Below, piece after piece: positions 35,944 to 46,102 of a DNA stretch of 64,000 nt (the first letter of the stretch is position 1; the number at the start of each line of letters is the position of its first letter). Origin of the DNA: an uncultured Candidatus Saccharibacteria bacterium. GTDB lineage: Bacteria > Patescibacteriota > Minisyncoccia > Phycocordibacterales > UBA9973. The position numbers were made by a program, and so were the translations under genes. The notes below the pieces were generated by a model. The model was not told the DNA's origin. It saw only the letters and a list, made by a program, of their open reading frames with translations, and did not search any database. Location: positions 821 through 64,820 of the forward strand of contig CAYREQ010000003.1 in the NCBI GenBank assembly GCA_964423445.1, read 5' to 3'.

Positions 35944-37590
35944 TTATTTTTTACCCTTACAAGCTTTTATGAAAGCTGAGAAGAGAGGGTGTGGGTTTAG
36001 TGGATGAGCTAAAAATTCAGGATGAAATTGTGTACCTACGAAAAATGGATGCTCTTTTTTAGGTAATTCTGCTATCTCCATCAATGTGCCATCTGGTGAA
36101 CGTCCTGAGAACACTAGACCTTTGGCTTCTAACTCTTCTACAAATGAAGGATTTACTTCGTAGCGGTGTCTGTGTCTCTCTATGACTTCGTCTTTACCAT
36201 AGCTAGCTTGTGCTATTGTTCCCTTCTTTAGTATGGCTTTATATTCTCCCAAACGCATAGATCCTCCATAAGCATTGTTTTTGATTATTTCTTTCTGAGA
36301 TTCCATGATATCTATGACTATATTTTTTGATTTTGGATTTACTTCTCTTGTGTTTGCATCTTTGAGACCGAGGACATTTCGTGCATACTCTATCACCATC
36401 ATCTGCATACCATAACAAAGTCCCAAGTATGGAATTTTATTTTTACGAGCAAATTCCACAGCCATAAGCTTGCCTTCTACTCCCCTCGTGCCAAATCCTC
36501 CTGGTACGATAATACCGTCATATTTTTTCAATTCTTTTAATTTCGCAGGATTTTTTTCAAAATCCACAGAGCTCAGCCAAGATATGATAGGCTTTTTATT
36601 TTGCATGTAAGAAGAGTATTTTATAGCCTCAATCACAGACAAATATGAATCAGACAATATAAAATCTCCGGTCTCAAAATATTTACCAATCATAGCAATA
36701 CTGACTGTATCTTTATCATTGTGTGCTTGTTTTGCAAAATTCTTCCAAGCACTCCATGCTTTATCATCAGGCTTCTTGCAAGACACACCCATGAGTTCAC
36801 AAAGCTTGTCGGACAATTTTTCTTTTTCAAAATTTAGTGGTATGTCATAGATACTATCCACGTCTGGTGCAGAAATTATACGGTCAGGTGGCACACTACA
36901 AAACATTGAAATTTTTTCTTTTCTTTTTTCATCTAATTTCACATCACTGCGAGCGATGATGAAATCAGCCTGCACACCAGAATTGTTTAATAGTCTGGCT
37001 GCATGCTGAGTAGGCTTTGTCTTCATCTCTCCTATCTTTGATGGTGTAGGTAGATAAGACACCATTATGAAAAATACATCTTTGGGTGCAGTAGTCTTCA
37101 TCATTCGAGCAGCTTCAAGGAAAAGAATATTTTCATATTCACCTGCTGTGCCACCGACTTCTATGATTACTACATCCGCATCTGCTACGACGCCTGCTTT
37201 TTTAATTCTATTTATGACTTCAAAAGGTATATCAGGGACGACTTGCACACACTTGCCTTCGTATTCTAGATTTCTCTCTTTTTCTATGACTGTCTTGTAG
37301 ACTCGGCCTGTAGTCATGTAATTGCCCCGAGTTAGCTTTAAATCAAGGAATCGCTCGTAGTTACCCATGTCTTGGTCTGTCTCATCTCCATCAGCTAGGA
37401 CAAAGACTTCACCATGCTCCACCGGGTTCATAGTACCAGCATCTACGTTTATGTATGGATCGATTTTTATAGCTGTAACATTTAGTCCGCGGTTCTTTAA
37501 AATAAGTCCTAGAGAGGAGGCGGTAATCCCTTTCCCTACTCCGGAAATTACACCACCCACTACAAAGATATATTTAGTTTCTTTTTTCAT
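35944..37590 (-). CDS. pyrG: CTP synthase
   Basis: GGVISGVGKGI, KIDPYINVDAGTM, KTKPTQH, GLCYGMQ, QFHPE. Confidence 0.97.
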   Translation of the reverse strand: MKKETKYIFVVGGVISGVGKGITASSLGLILKNRGLNVTAIKIDPYINVDAGTMNPVEHGEVFVLADGDETDQDMGNYERFLDLKLTRGNYMTTGRVYKTVIEKERNLEYEGKCVQVVPDIPFEVINRIKKAGVVADADVVIIEVGGTAGEYENILFLEAARMMKTTAPKDVFFIMVSYLPTPSKIGEMKTKPTQHAARLLNNSGVQADFIIARSDVKLDEKRKEKISMFCSVPPDRIISAPDVDSIYDIPLNFEKEKLSDKLCELMGVSCKKPDDKAWSAWKNFAKQAHNDKDTVSIAMIGKYFETGDFILSDSYLSVIEAIKYSSYMQNKKPIISWLSSVDFEKNPAKLKELKKYDGIIVPGGFGTRGVEGKLMAVEFARKNKIPYLGLCYGMQMMVIEYARNVLGLKDANTREVNPKSKNIVIDIMESQKEIIKNNAYGGSMRLGEYKAILKKGTIAQASYGKDEVIERHRHRYEVNPSFVEELEAKGLVFSGRSPDGTLMEIAELPKKEHPFFVGTQFHPEFLAHPLNPHPLFSAFIKACKGKK

Positions 37591-37601
37591 GTTACTGACT
37601 T

Positions 37602-38519
37602 TTATTTGTTTAAATATTTCCTGACTGCAAGCACAGATGAAATCATACCCAAAAATACGCCAAACAGCAAATTCATTATAAATATCTGGAAAATATTTGA
37701 AACATAGTAATCATATATATTAAAACCAAAGAAATTTGTCATTTTAGCTCCTAGCCAAAATGTGACCGGCCAGAATATGACCAAGGTAATTATGGTAGCT
37801 ATAATACCGTAAATAACACCTTCCACCATAAATGGTCCACGAACATAAGTCTTTGAAGCACCCACCAAACGCATCACCCCTATCTCATCTTTTGAGATAA
37901 ATATTGCGAGTCTAATAGTGTTGAAAGTGATAATTATAGAAATGATGACCAAAATGAGCGTGATGAGAAAACCTAGTCTTTGAGCTCCAGAGATAATCGC
38001 ATTTAGTCTATCTATTACTACTTTGTTTTGGTGGTAATTTATCTTATCTACTATAGTATTTGAACCAGAGACTAGTGTATTGTCAGATTTTAGGAAATCA
38101 GCTATACCTTCATATTGCGAAATGTCTTTGGCTTTGATATTCAAATATGCACCTAGTGGGTTTGTGCCTATCTCATCCAATGCAGCGATGGTAGGATAAT
38201 CATTTTCATGTCGAGCACGGAAAAGCTCTAAGGCTTCTTTGGCGCTAGTATATGTGACATCAGCGACTTCGGGTAATTGAGAGATAGAATCTTTTAGAGA
38301 TAAAATCTTTTCTTCAGATGCTCCGACGGTGAAATATATGGTGATATCTACTTTGTCTTTGATATTATTTAAAGAAAAATAAAGTACTGACTGAAGTAAA
38401 ATTATAAAAGTTATAAAAGACAGAGTGACAGTGACCACTAAAACAGCGGCGAAAGAGACCAAAGTATTTCTAGTAAAATTTACCCAACCTGCTTTTATAA
38501 TTCTTTTAAATTCTATCAT
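37602..38519 (-). CDS. ftsX: Cell division permease FtsX
   Basis: NTIRLAI...EI.VMRLVGA...VRGPF..EG; follows ftsE. Confidence 0.92.
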   Translation of the reverse strand: MIEFKRIIKAGWVNFTRNTLVSFAAVLVVTVTLSFITFIILLQSVLYFSLNNIKDKVDITIYFTVGASEEKILSLKDSISQLPEVADVTYTSAKEALELFRARHENDYPTIAALDEIGTNPLGAYLNIKAKDISQYEGIADFLKSDNTLVSGSNTIVDKINYHQNKVVIDRLNAIISGAQRLGFLITLILVIISIIITFNTIRLAIFISKDEIGVMRLVGASKTYVRGPFMVEGVIYGIIATIITLVIFWPVTFWLGAKMTNFFGFNIYDYYVSNIFQIFIMNLLFGVFLGMISSVLAVRKYLNK

Positions 38520-38543
38520 TGTTTTATTTGTAAACTTTAAATA

Positions 38544-39218
38544 CTAATTGGCTTTTTTATGTTTTGTGTCTTTTACTACTTTTCCTTTTTCCATAGTGAC
38601 TACTCTCTTGTTTACTGCATCTATCACTCCTTTGTCATGAGTAGTCAAAATCACAGTAGTACCTAGGTCATTTATTTTTTTCAAAATTTGAATTATTTCA
38701 TGAGTATTTTGAGAATCCAAATTTCCAGTAGGCTCGTCTGCTATCAAAAGCTCGGGCTGGTTTATGATGGCTCTCGCTATAGCTACTCTCTGCTGTTCAC
38801 CCACTGAGAGCTGGTGTGGAAAATGCATCATTTTATCTGACATATTTACGAGCTCTAAGACGTTTGGAATATCACTTTGTATTTCTTCATCAGTCTTGCC
38901 TAATGCTTCCATAGAAAAAGCGATATTTTCGTACGCGGTCTTGTTTGGTAGTAATTTAAAATCTTGAAAAACTACGCCGATACGTTGACGAAGCTTTGTG
39001 AGGTCTTTATTTTTTAATTTATGGACATCTATAGACTCAAAAAATACAGTCCCGTCTGTAGGATTTTCATCAACTAAAATCATTTTTGTCAGTGTGCTCT
39101 TTCCAGCTCCTGAATGACCGATAATTGATACAAACTCTCCGGCTGTAATTGTTAAAGTGACATCGTCCAATGCCACTCCTTCTTTGTAAACTTTTGAAAC
39201 ATTGTTGAAGTAAATCAC
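38544..39218 (-). CDS. ftsE: Cell division ATP-binding protein FtsE
   Basis: GHSGAGKST, VFQDFKLL, LSVGEQQRVAIARA, ADEPTGNLD. Confidence 0.92.
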   Translation of the reverse strand: MIYFNNVSKVYKEGVALDDVTLTITAGEFVSIIGHSGAGKSTLTKMILVDENPTDGTVFFESIDVHKLKNKDLTKLRQRIGVVFQDFKLLPNKTAYENIAFSMEALGKTDEEIQSDIPNVLELVNMSDKMMHFPHQLSVGEQQRVAIARAIINQPELLIADEPTGNLDSQNTHEIIQILKKINDLGTTVILTTHDKGVIDAVNKRVVTMEKGKVVKDTKHKKAN

Positions 39219-39230
39219 CTATCTATAATA

Positions 39231-40115
39231 TCATATATTTTTCTCCCCTTCAATAAAAATGTCTATCTCGCCATCTAAAACTATATCGACATTTGAGGTT
39301 TCCACTCCCGTCCTGTGATCTTTGACCATTTTATATGGATGTAATACATATGATCTTATCTGACTACCCCATTCTATCTCGGTATTCTTCATTTTCATGC
39401 TCTCTTCTATGCTTTTTTTGTCTTTCTCAGCTTGTTTAAAGATTTTAGCGCGTAAAATAGCCATAGCTTGGTCTCTGTTTTTTTCTTGGGAGCGCTCGGT
39501 AGATGCTGACACGGAAATACCTGTAGGAATATGGACTATACGAACTGCTGTCTCTCTCTTGTTTACATTTTGCCCTCCTGGGCCACTGCTCTTACTAAAT
39601 TCTATCTTCAAATCACTCTCGGGTATCATCACGTCTTTTTCTTCTAATTTTGAAAACTTTGGTAAAACCTCTACGAGTGAAAAAGAAGTGTGGCGAAGCT
39701 TTTTTGCATTAAATGGAGAGATACGGACGAGCCTATGCACCCCAGATTCATTTTTTAAATTCCCATAAGCATTCTTGCCTACGACTTCTATGGTGATATT
39801 CCTGTAGCCACCATGGTCATTTTTGTGGTCATGAATTAAAAATACTTCAAAATTCATCCTCTTTGCATATTTTTCATACATAGAGAAAAGCATTGCCGAA
39901 AAATCTTCAGCGTCATCCCCTCCTGCTCCAGAGATTACTGTCAATATTGCATTACCTTTATCATATTTTCCTACACCAGATAATTTATCTTTGAGTTCGG
40001 CTATTTGTTTTAAAACATTTTGTGCTTTATTTTTATCATTCCAAAAATCTGGACTTTGCATTTCCATCTCTAGCTCATCTATTTTTTTTTGTATTTCATT
40101 TTTATCTTCAGCCAT
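39231..40115 (-). CDS. prfB: Peptide chain release factor 2 (shortened domain 1)
   Basis: ESGVHRLVRISPF, GPGGQNVN, WGSQIRSYVLHPY. Confidence 0.93.
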   Translation of the reverse strand: MAEDKNEIQKKIDELEMEMQSPDFWNDKNKAQNVLKQIAELKDKLSGVGKYDKGNAILTVISGAGGDDAEDFSAMLFSMYEKYAKRMNFEVFLIHDHKNDHGGYRNITIEVVGKNAYGNLKNESGVHRLVRISPFNAKKLRHTSFSLVEVLPKFSKLEEKDVMIPESDLKIEFSKSSGPGGQNVNKRETAVRIVHIPTGISVSASTERSQEKNRDQAMAILRAKIFKQAEKDKKSIEESMKMKNTEIEWGSQIRSYVLHPYKMVKDHRTGVETSNVDIVLDGEIDIFIEGEKNI

Positions 40116-40131
40116 ATATTTATTATACTAG

Positions 40132-40202
40132 AGCCGAAGATGGGAATCGAACCCATGTTTCTACTTTACGAAAGTAAAGTTCTGCCACTGAACTACTTCG
40201 GC
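40132..40202 (-). tRNA. tRNA-Thr(CGT)
   Basis: GCCGAAG/CTTCGGC acceptor, TT-CGT-AA loop, TTCGATT. Confidence 0.93.
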
Positions 40203-40209
40203 TTTATCG

Positions 40210-40284
40210 TGGAGCCGTTGGTGGGAATTGGACCCACGCTCTCCATATTACCAATATGGTGCTTTACCACTAAGCTACAACGGC
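40210..40284 (-). tRNA. tRNA-Thr(GGT)
   Basis: GCCGTTG/CAACGGC acceptor, CCATA-TTGGTAA-TATGG, T-loop TCCAATT, followed by TCCA. Confidence 0.92.
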
Positions 40285-40328
40285 GTACTTAAAACATAGT
40301 AGTGTATTTACCCTTATTTTGCAAAAAT

Positions 40329-40357
40329 AAAAACACTAGAATTATTCTAGTGTTTTT
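40329..40357 (-). terminator. Intrinsic terminator
   Basis: aaaaacactagaat-t-attctagtgttttt inverted repeat. Confidence 0.7.
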
Positions 40358-40397
40358 CTGCGCGACTTAGAAGACTGTATTAAAATTATATTTATTA

Positions 40398-40766
40398 CTA
40401 TTTTTTAAAATAACTTTCATTACCTAAAAACGTAACTTGAAATCCATTTACTAATGCCACCATATGGGAATGTTTTGACTGGGACGGACCACAATAATGA
40501 ACTAAACTATCAATATTTATTTCAGCCAGCCTCTTTATAAATTCTTTTATATCTTTTTTGTCCCCTACTACGTCTATATCATGCTCTGTATAACCTCTAT
40601 TCTTTAAACCACCAACAATAAAAAGATTGAGTCCAGATAAATGTGGTTCAATTTGATCAAGTGTAATTTTTTTATATTTCTTTCCAAGGAGGTTGGTCAA
40701 CCCGTGACCAAAGACTCTTGAACCAAAATAACATAACTTACACGAATAAGAATTACTATTTGACAT
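40398..40766 (-). CDS. Minimal Pol-beta-type nucleotidyltransferase-like protein
   Basis: LFIVGG....G...HDIDV motif; start moved to ATG 40766 because the longer ORF overlaps tRNA-Asp. Confidence 0.55.
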   Translation of the reverse strand: MSNSNSYSCKLCYFGSRVFGHGLTNLLGKKYKKITLDQIEPHLSGLNLFIVGGLKNRGYTEHDIDVVGDKKDIKEFIKRLAEINIDSLVHYCGPSQSKHSHMVALVNGFQVTFLGNESYFKK

Positions 40767-40769
40767 CTG

Positions 40770-40844
40770 CGCGATCGACCGGACTTGAACCGGCAACCTC
40801 TTCCGTGACAGGGAAGCGCTCTAACCAAATTGAGCTACGACCGC
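40770..40844 (-). tRNA. tRNA-Asp(GTC)
   Basis: GCGGTCG/CGATCGC acceptor, CTTCC-CTGTCAC-GGAAG, G discriminator. Confidence 0.95.
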
Positions 40845-40890
40845 ATAAAGACTATTATACATAAAAACGCCTAATTTCAAAGCATTTTTG

Positions 40891-40964
40891 TGTCGGCGGG
40901 AGGAATCGAACCTCCGACCTTGGGCTTATGAGTCCCACGCTCTAACCGTCTGAGCTACGCCGAC
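40891..40964 (-). tRNA. tRNA-Met(CAT), probably elongator
   Basis: GTCGGCG/CGCCGAC paired acceptor (not initiator-like), TGGGA-CTCATAA-GCCCA with A31.G39 mismatch. Confidence 0.88.
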
Positions 40965-41041
40965 ATATAACAATAAAAGTTATTTTAATTCTTTTACTAT
41001 AACAGTTTTTCGTAAAAATTCAAATATTCTGTTATTATTCA

Positions 41042-43207
41042 ATGGTGAATCTATCTGACAAAATTGAAGAAAAATTCCGCCTAGATACAAACCAGAAAAA
41101 GGCTCTGTCAAAACTAAAGCTCTTTTCGGTGGCTGATTTGCTTTTCCACTTCCCTGTCCGCTATAGCGACATCAGCACTGTGATGAATATAGCTGATTTG
41201 TCTGTGGGTGATATGGCAACAATATATGGCAAAATATCTAAACTAAAAACCAAAAAAGCTTTTAGGACAAATATTCCTATGGCGGAGGGAGAAATAGAAG
41301 ACTTGTCTGGAAAAATAAAAATTACTTGGTTTCACCAAGCTTACCTAGCCAAGATGGTAAAAGATAATACCAATGTAAAATTGACCGGCAAAGTGACCCA
41401 AAGTAAAAATGGTATTTATCTAGCAAACCCAGAGGTTGAAAAAGTGCCTTATATGCCGATAGATTCACACGACACTTTATTTTCCAAAGACGAGATAGAA
41501 AATGTCGGTTTTTCTTATCCAATATATGTAGAGACCCGTGGTATTACTAGCAAATGGTTTTACCATGCAATTGAAAAAATATTAAAAGAACATACTTTAG
41601 ACGATATCCCTGATTACATACCAAGTGATATATTAAAAAAATACCACTTGCCTACCCTAAAGACTGCACTCATCTGGATTCATAAACCAAAGAATAAAAA
41701 AGACGCCGAGTCTGCAAGAAAAAGATTTGCTTTTGAAGAAGTATTTTCTATTCAGCTAGAACGCCAAAGAGATAAATTTGAATATAGAAAAAATAAATCT
41801 TTCCAAATAAAACCAGACGAAAAAGATATAAAAGAATTTTTGGGTAGATTTCCTTTTGAGCCGACGAAGTCACAAAAAAAATCTATCAAAACCATACTAG
41901 ATGATATGGGAAAAAACTTTCCAATGTCTCGCCTGCTCGAAGGAGATGTAGGCTCTGGTAAGACAGCTGTCGCAGCCACGGCAGCTTATGTGGCTGTGAG
42001 ACAAAGACCAAATGGCCAAAACTTTGGTAATCTAAATGTCGCCTATATGGCACCGACAGAGATACTGGCCACTCAACACTTTGAATCTTTTATCCAATAT
42101 TTTAAACATTTACCAATACAGATAGGCCTGATTACTGGATCTGGTTGTAGAAAATTCCCATCAAAATTAAATCCGGATGGATGGACTACAATATCTCGAG
42201 CTCAATTATTGAAATGGGTAGCCAATGGAGAAATTCCTATATTGATAGGAACGCATGCGCTAATACAAAAAAGTGTGAAGTTTAAAAACTTGGCATTAGT
42301 AGTGATAGACGAACAGCATAGATTTGGTACAGCTCAAAGGCGAAATCTTGTTCGCAAAGACAACATCGCTCCTCACCTACTGTCTATGACGGCGACACCT
42401 ATCCCCCGCACACTAGCCCTCACCATTTATGGCGATCTAGATTTATCACTCTTAGAAGAAATGCCACTCGGACGTAAACCTATAATCACAGAAATAATTA
42501 CTCCAAATAAACGCGAAGAAACTTATGAGGAAATAAGACATGAGCTTGAAAATGGCAGACAATTATATGTCATCTGTCCGAGAATTTTTGAGCCTGACCC
42601 TGAAAAAGAAATGGCCTTAAATGTAAAATCTGCAACAGAAGAAGCCAAAAGATTAAAGAAAGAAGTATTTAAAGAATATGAAATCGGAGTCTTGCACAGC
42701 AAGATGACTAAAGAAAAAAAAGAAGAAGTGATGGCGGAGTTTACTGATAATAAAATCCAGATATTGTGTGCGACATCTGTGGTGGAAGTGGGTGTAAATG
42801 TACCCAATGCAACAATCATAATCATAGAAGGTGCAGAGAGATTTGGACTAGCACAACTACACCAGCTCCGAGGACGAGTAATCCGAAGTTCACACCAAGC
42901 TTACTGCTATATATTTGCTGAAGCAAAAAGTGAAAAGACTATAGCGAGATTGAAGGCTCTTAAGACTGCAAAGAATGGTTTTGAATTAGCCGAATTAGAC
43001 TTGTCTCTGCGTGGAGCTGGAGAGCTAGGAGGCACAAAGCAATGGGGCATCACTGACCTCGGCATGGAAGCTATAAAGAATATAAAAATGGTAGAAGCTG
43101 CGCGCACCGAAGCGATAAGATTGATAGAAGAAGATCCGGAGTTAAAAAAATACCCTTTGCTAAAACAAAAAGTTCACCAAAAAGCCGGCGAATTTCATTT
43201 TGAGTAA
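41042..43207 (+). CDS. recG: ATP-dependent DNA helicase RecG
   Basis: Wedge domain, GDVGSGKT, DEQHRFG, MTATPIPRTL, GLAQLHQLRGRV. Confidence 0.96.
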   Translation: MVNLSDKIEEKFRLDTNQKKALSKLKLFSVADLLFHFPVRYSDISTVMNIADLSVGDMATIYGKISKLKTKKAFRTNIPMAEGEIEDLSGKIKITWFHQAYLAKMVKDNTNVKLTGKVTQSKNGIYLANPEVEKVPYMPIDSHDTLFSKDEIENVGFSYPIYVETRGITSKWFYHAIEKILKEHTLDDIPDYIPSDILKKYHLPTLKTALIWIHKPKNKKDAESARKRFAFEEVFSIQLERQRDKFEYRKNKSFQIKPDEKDIKEFLGRFPFEPTKSQKKSIKTILDDMGKNFPMSRLLEGDVGSGKTAVAATAAYVAVRQRPNGQNFGNLNVAYMAPTEILATQHFESFIQYFKHLPIQIGLITGSGCRKFPSKLNPDGWTTISRAQLLKWVANGEIPILIGTHALIQKSVKFKNLALVVIDEQHRFGTAQRRNLVRKDNIAPHLLSMTATPIPRTLALTIYGDLDLSLLEEMPLGRKPIITEIITPNKREETYEEIRHELENGRQLYVICPRIFEPDPEKEMALNVKSATEEAKRLKKEVFKEYEIGVLHSKMTKEKKEEVMAEFTDNKIQILCATSVVEVGVNVPNATIIIIEGAERFGLAQLHQLRGRVIRSSHQAYCYIFAEAKSEKTIARLKALKTAKNGFELAELDLSLRGAGELGGTKQWGITDLGMEAIKNIKMVEAARTEAIRLIEEDPELKKYPLLKQKVHQKAGEFHFE

Positions 43208-43219
43208 TTTACTTATTGT

Positions 43220-43786
43220 TTATTTATAGTCTGGAATGATTTCTTCGTGGCCACCGACTCTACTAGAGATACGAGCAAGTGCGTAGAGTAAGCTAGATAG
43301 TCTATTTAAATATTGCAAAGTGTTAGGTAAAACTTCTGTTTTTCCTTCTTCTTTTACTGCCACCACTCTCCTCTCAGCTCGGCGTGCGAGTGTACGAGCA
43401 AAATCAAACATACCACCGAGCTCTGTCGCACCAGAAATGAAAAAACTATTTATTTTAGGCAAAACTCTCTCTATGCTATCTGTTATACTTTCAATCTTTT
43501 TTATTTTATCGTCTGTGATATTTTTATCAGCACCAGCTACCTGTGCTTGAATGATAAAAAGATTTTGCTGAACTTCTAAGACCACGTCTGCATATTGCAT
43601 ACGATGATTTTCGGGGTCGTCACGTTCAAAGCCCTGAGCTGCGGCCTTGGCACGAACAAAACCCAAAAAAGAATTCACTTCATCTAGTGTGCCGAGTGCT
43701 TCAGCTACGAGAGAGCTCTTTGATACTCTCTGGTCGCAACCAAATGTCTTTGTGGTGCCGTCATCTCCTTTTCTTGTATACAACAT
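43220..43786 (-). CDS. pduO: ATP:cob(I)alamin adenosyltransferase, PduO type
   Basis: YTRKGDDGTT, GTLDEVNS, RTLARRAER, YLNRLSS; start at MLYT. Confidence 0.92.
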   Translation of the reverse strand: MLYTRKGDDGTTKTFGCDQRVSKSSLVAEALGTLDEVNSFLGFVRAKAAAQGFERDDPENHRMQYADVVLEVQQNLFIIQAQVAGADKNITDDKIKKIESITDSIERVLPKINSFFISGATELGGMFDFARTLARRAERRVVAVKEEGKTEVLPNTLQYLNRLSSLLYALARISSRVGGHEEIIPDYK

Positions 43787-43791
43787 AATTT

Positions 43792-46098
43792 TTATATTTC
43801 GCAGACGCCAGAGACACAAGCAAATTCTTTTGCACCTACTGTATTGTCTACACTTTCGTATTGAGAAAGTTTTGAGAAATCAATTTTACCTATAGCTTTT
43901 GAACGCTTTTCGTATTCTTCTTTTGTTATCTCTTCATATGGAGCGAGCTGATATACGTGTTCAGAGCGAGGAAGAAATGATAGTCCACCAATCCAATCCC
44001 AGTTTTCATAAACAAAGTTTCCTACTGCTATCCATTCATCTGGTCCTACATATATAGTCGCTGAAGGATTGTGTTCTACAAAGTGTTCTTTTAGTCTCTT
44101 CCACTCTTTCATCAATTCTAGGGCTGATACTTCATCTTTGAATATTGCACCCTTTGGAGCTTTTACTGGGAACTCTAGGACAAAAGTAGTAGCTGTAGAT
44201 TCTGCTTGTCCTACTTCTGGAAGACAAGGCACTCCTTGATCGCGAGCCATTTGCAATAGTGTATCTGTGTGTGAAATACGAACTCGGCGAATAAAGTATG
44301 GGGCATACCATGGGTGCATACCTGAACCCACACCTAGGAGCTGTCCAGAATTTCCATGAGGCTTTACACAAGTAATAGCAGTAGATTGATTGATACCAAA
44401 ACGCTTTGCATATTTTTTATTTACTTCTACAGAAGCAGCTTTTAGCATATCCAATACTTTATCTTCACGAATGATTGGATTGTCATAATATCCTGTGAGT
44501 GATACTCCGAGCAATCTCTCAGCATCACAATTTTCTTTCCACTTCTTTGAAAGGTAACCAAAATTTGTAAGAGTAGATTGATATGTTCCGAGCAATGTAG
44601 CTAATTCTATTTTTCTCTTTAGACTTTCCTTTGTGTCGTTTGGGCGGATAACGATACTAGTCAAATTACAAAATTGTTTTGATCGTAGATAAATTTCTCC
44701 ACAAGGATTTAATCCTATTTGTCTCTCATCTTTTATCGCTTCCCATCTACGTGCTGGGACTTGTTTCTCTAGTCCTGCTCGGTTGAAAATTCCACGCTCT
44801 CCTGATTTTGATTTTACCAATGCTGTCCATTCATCTAGGAATTCTTCTGCTCCTGGCTTTGCATTGTATACTGCAGAATTGTTTGCCATCGCACGTTGAC
44901 CTTCGGTCAAATAAAATTGTCCTTTCTTTGCATCTCGCATTTCTGTATCTTCAAGCTCTGATAGAGAGATAAGTGCACTGCGTCGTACTCCCCCAGCTAC
45001 AACTATCAAACCAATCTGACAGATAAGATCGTGCATATCTATGTTTGAAAGTCGGCGTCCTTGTTTAGATAAAATTTTTCTCTTAGCAAACTCCATCAAA
45101 TCCATAAGTGGTTGTGGGCCTGAAGCTTTTCCTCCTGCTGTCTCTAGGCGTGCTCCTGCTGGACGAATCATGCTGTAATCAAACTTCATATCTTTTCCAT
45201 CAAACCAAGCATCCAGTCCTTTTACAAAAGCATCTGCCCAACCTTCCTTACTATCTATTACTACATGAGTAGGCACTGTACCTTTTGTCTGCTTTTTTAT
45301 TTGTGGAAACTTTTGAACATTTTCCCACTCCACAGCAAAGCCAAGACCAGCTCCACACATAGATACATACATTATTTCTCCTAGGTCTTGAGTACATGTA
45401 GGTGCTATATATGAACAATTGTAAGCCCAGACATTAGACTGACGACAAGCTTTGCCTGCAGACCATAAAAGTCTCATAGAAGGGCAAATATCTTGATTTA
45501 AGATAGCTTCTCGTACTTCAGAGTACTCTTTGGCTGTGAGTTTATCTCCTAGGTTTTCCTTCATATAATCCATGTATCGGTTTATGGTCTCTATCCATGT
45601 CTCACGGCGACCAAGCTCAGGAATCCATCTAGAATAAAATTGATAGAAAATATATTCTGAGTAAGGACTAGAAAAATATTTACTAGATTCTTCTACAGCT
45701 AGACGCACAGCCTCTGGCACTGGACCAAATTCTGCTCGTAGTTCTGATCTTTTGTTTCGGTAAAGAATATATTTCTTTGCTGTATCAGTAAAACCAGTCT
45801 TCATCAATTCTTTTTCCACCAAGTCTTGGACTATTTCTACAGTAGGTAAGAATTTTGCTCCTTTATTTTTTTTCACCAATTCAGATTGCAAATCAAGAAG
45901 GCTGTAAAAAACACTCTTGGCTACTTTATATGCTTCATTTTCTCCACCTTCGTTTGTAACTTCAAAAGCTTTATTTACAGCGTCCGCTATTATATCCAAA
46001 TCAAAATTCATCACTTCCCCACTTCTCTTGCGTATTGATTTTATTTTCTTTAGTTCGTTCTTGGAAATTTTTTCTACTGCCTTTGTTTTTGTTTTCAT
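43792..46098 (-). CDS. nrdJ: Adenosylcobalamin-dependent (class II) ribonucleoside-triphosphate reductase with ATP cone
   Basis: KR.G ATP cone, YNCS, VVAGGVRRSALI, NPCGEI, FCNL, TCVKP, C-terminal CVSGVC; next to pduO. Confidence 0.93.
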   Translation of the reverse strand: MKTKTKAVEKISKNELKKIKSIRKRSGEVMNFDLDIIADAVNKAFEVTNEGGENEAYKVAKSVFYSLLDLQSELVKKNKGAKFLPTVEIVQDLVEKELMKTGFTDTAKKYILYRNKRSELRAEFGPVPEAVRLAVEESSKYFSSPYSEYIFYQFYSRWIPELGRRETWIETINRYMDYMKENLGDKLTAKEYSEVREAILNQDICPSMRLLWSAGKACRQSNVWAYNCSYIAPTCTQDLGEIMYVSMCGAGLGFAVEWENVQKFPQIKKQTKGTVPTHVVIDSKEGWADAFVKGLDAWFDGKDMKFDYSMIRPAGARLETAGGKASGPQPLMDLMEFAKRKILSKQGRRLSNIDMHDLICQIGLIVVAGGVRRSALISLSELEDTEMRDAKKGQFYLTEGQRAMANNSAVYNAKPGAEEFLDEWTALVKSKSGERGIFNRAGLEKQVPARRWEAIKDERQIGLNPCGEIYLRSKQFCNLTSIVIRPNDTKESLKRKIELATLLGTYQSTLTNFGYLSKKWKENCDAERLLGVSLTGYYDNPIIREDKVLDMLKAASVEVNKKYAKRFGINQSTAITCVKPHGNSGQLLGVGSGMHPWYAPYFIRRVRISHTDTLLQMARDQGVPCLPEVGQAESTATTFVLEFPVKAPKGAIFKDEVSALELMKEWKRLKEHFVEHNPSATIYVGPDEWIAVGNFVYENWDWIGGLSFLPRSEHVYQLAPYEEITKEEYEKRSKAIGKIDFSKLSQYESVDNTVGAKEFACVSGVCEI

Positions 46099-46102
46099 AT
46101 AT

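Noticed and set aside
40767-40796. N-terminal extension of the 132-aa ORF
   Set aside because: Lies inside tRNA-Asp; ATG at 40766 preferred
40891-40964. Initiator tRNA or Ile2 identity for the CAT tRNA
   Set aside because: Paired G1-C72 argues against initiator; Ile2 is less likely given the separate UAU tRNA but not excluded
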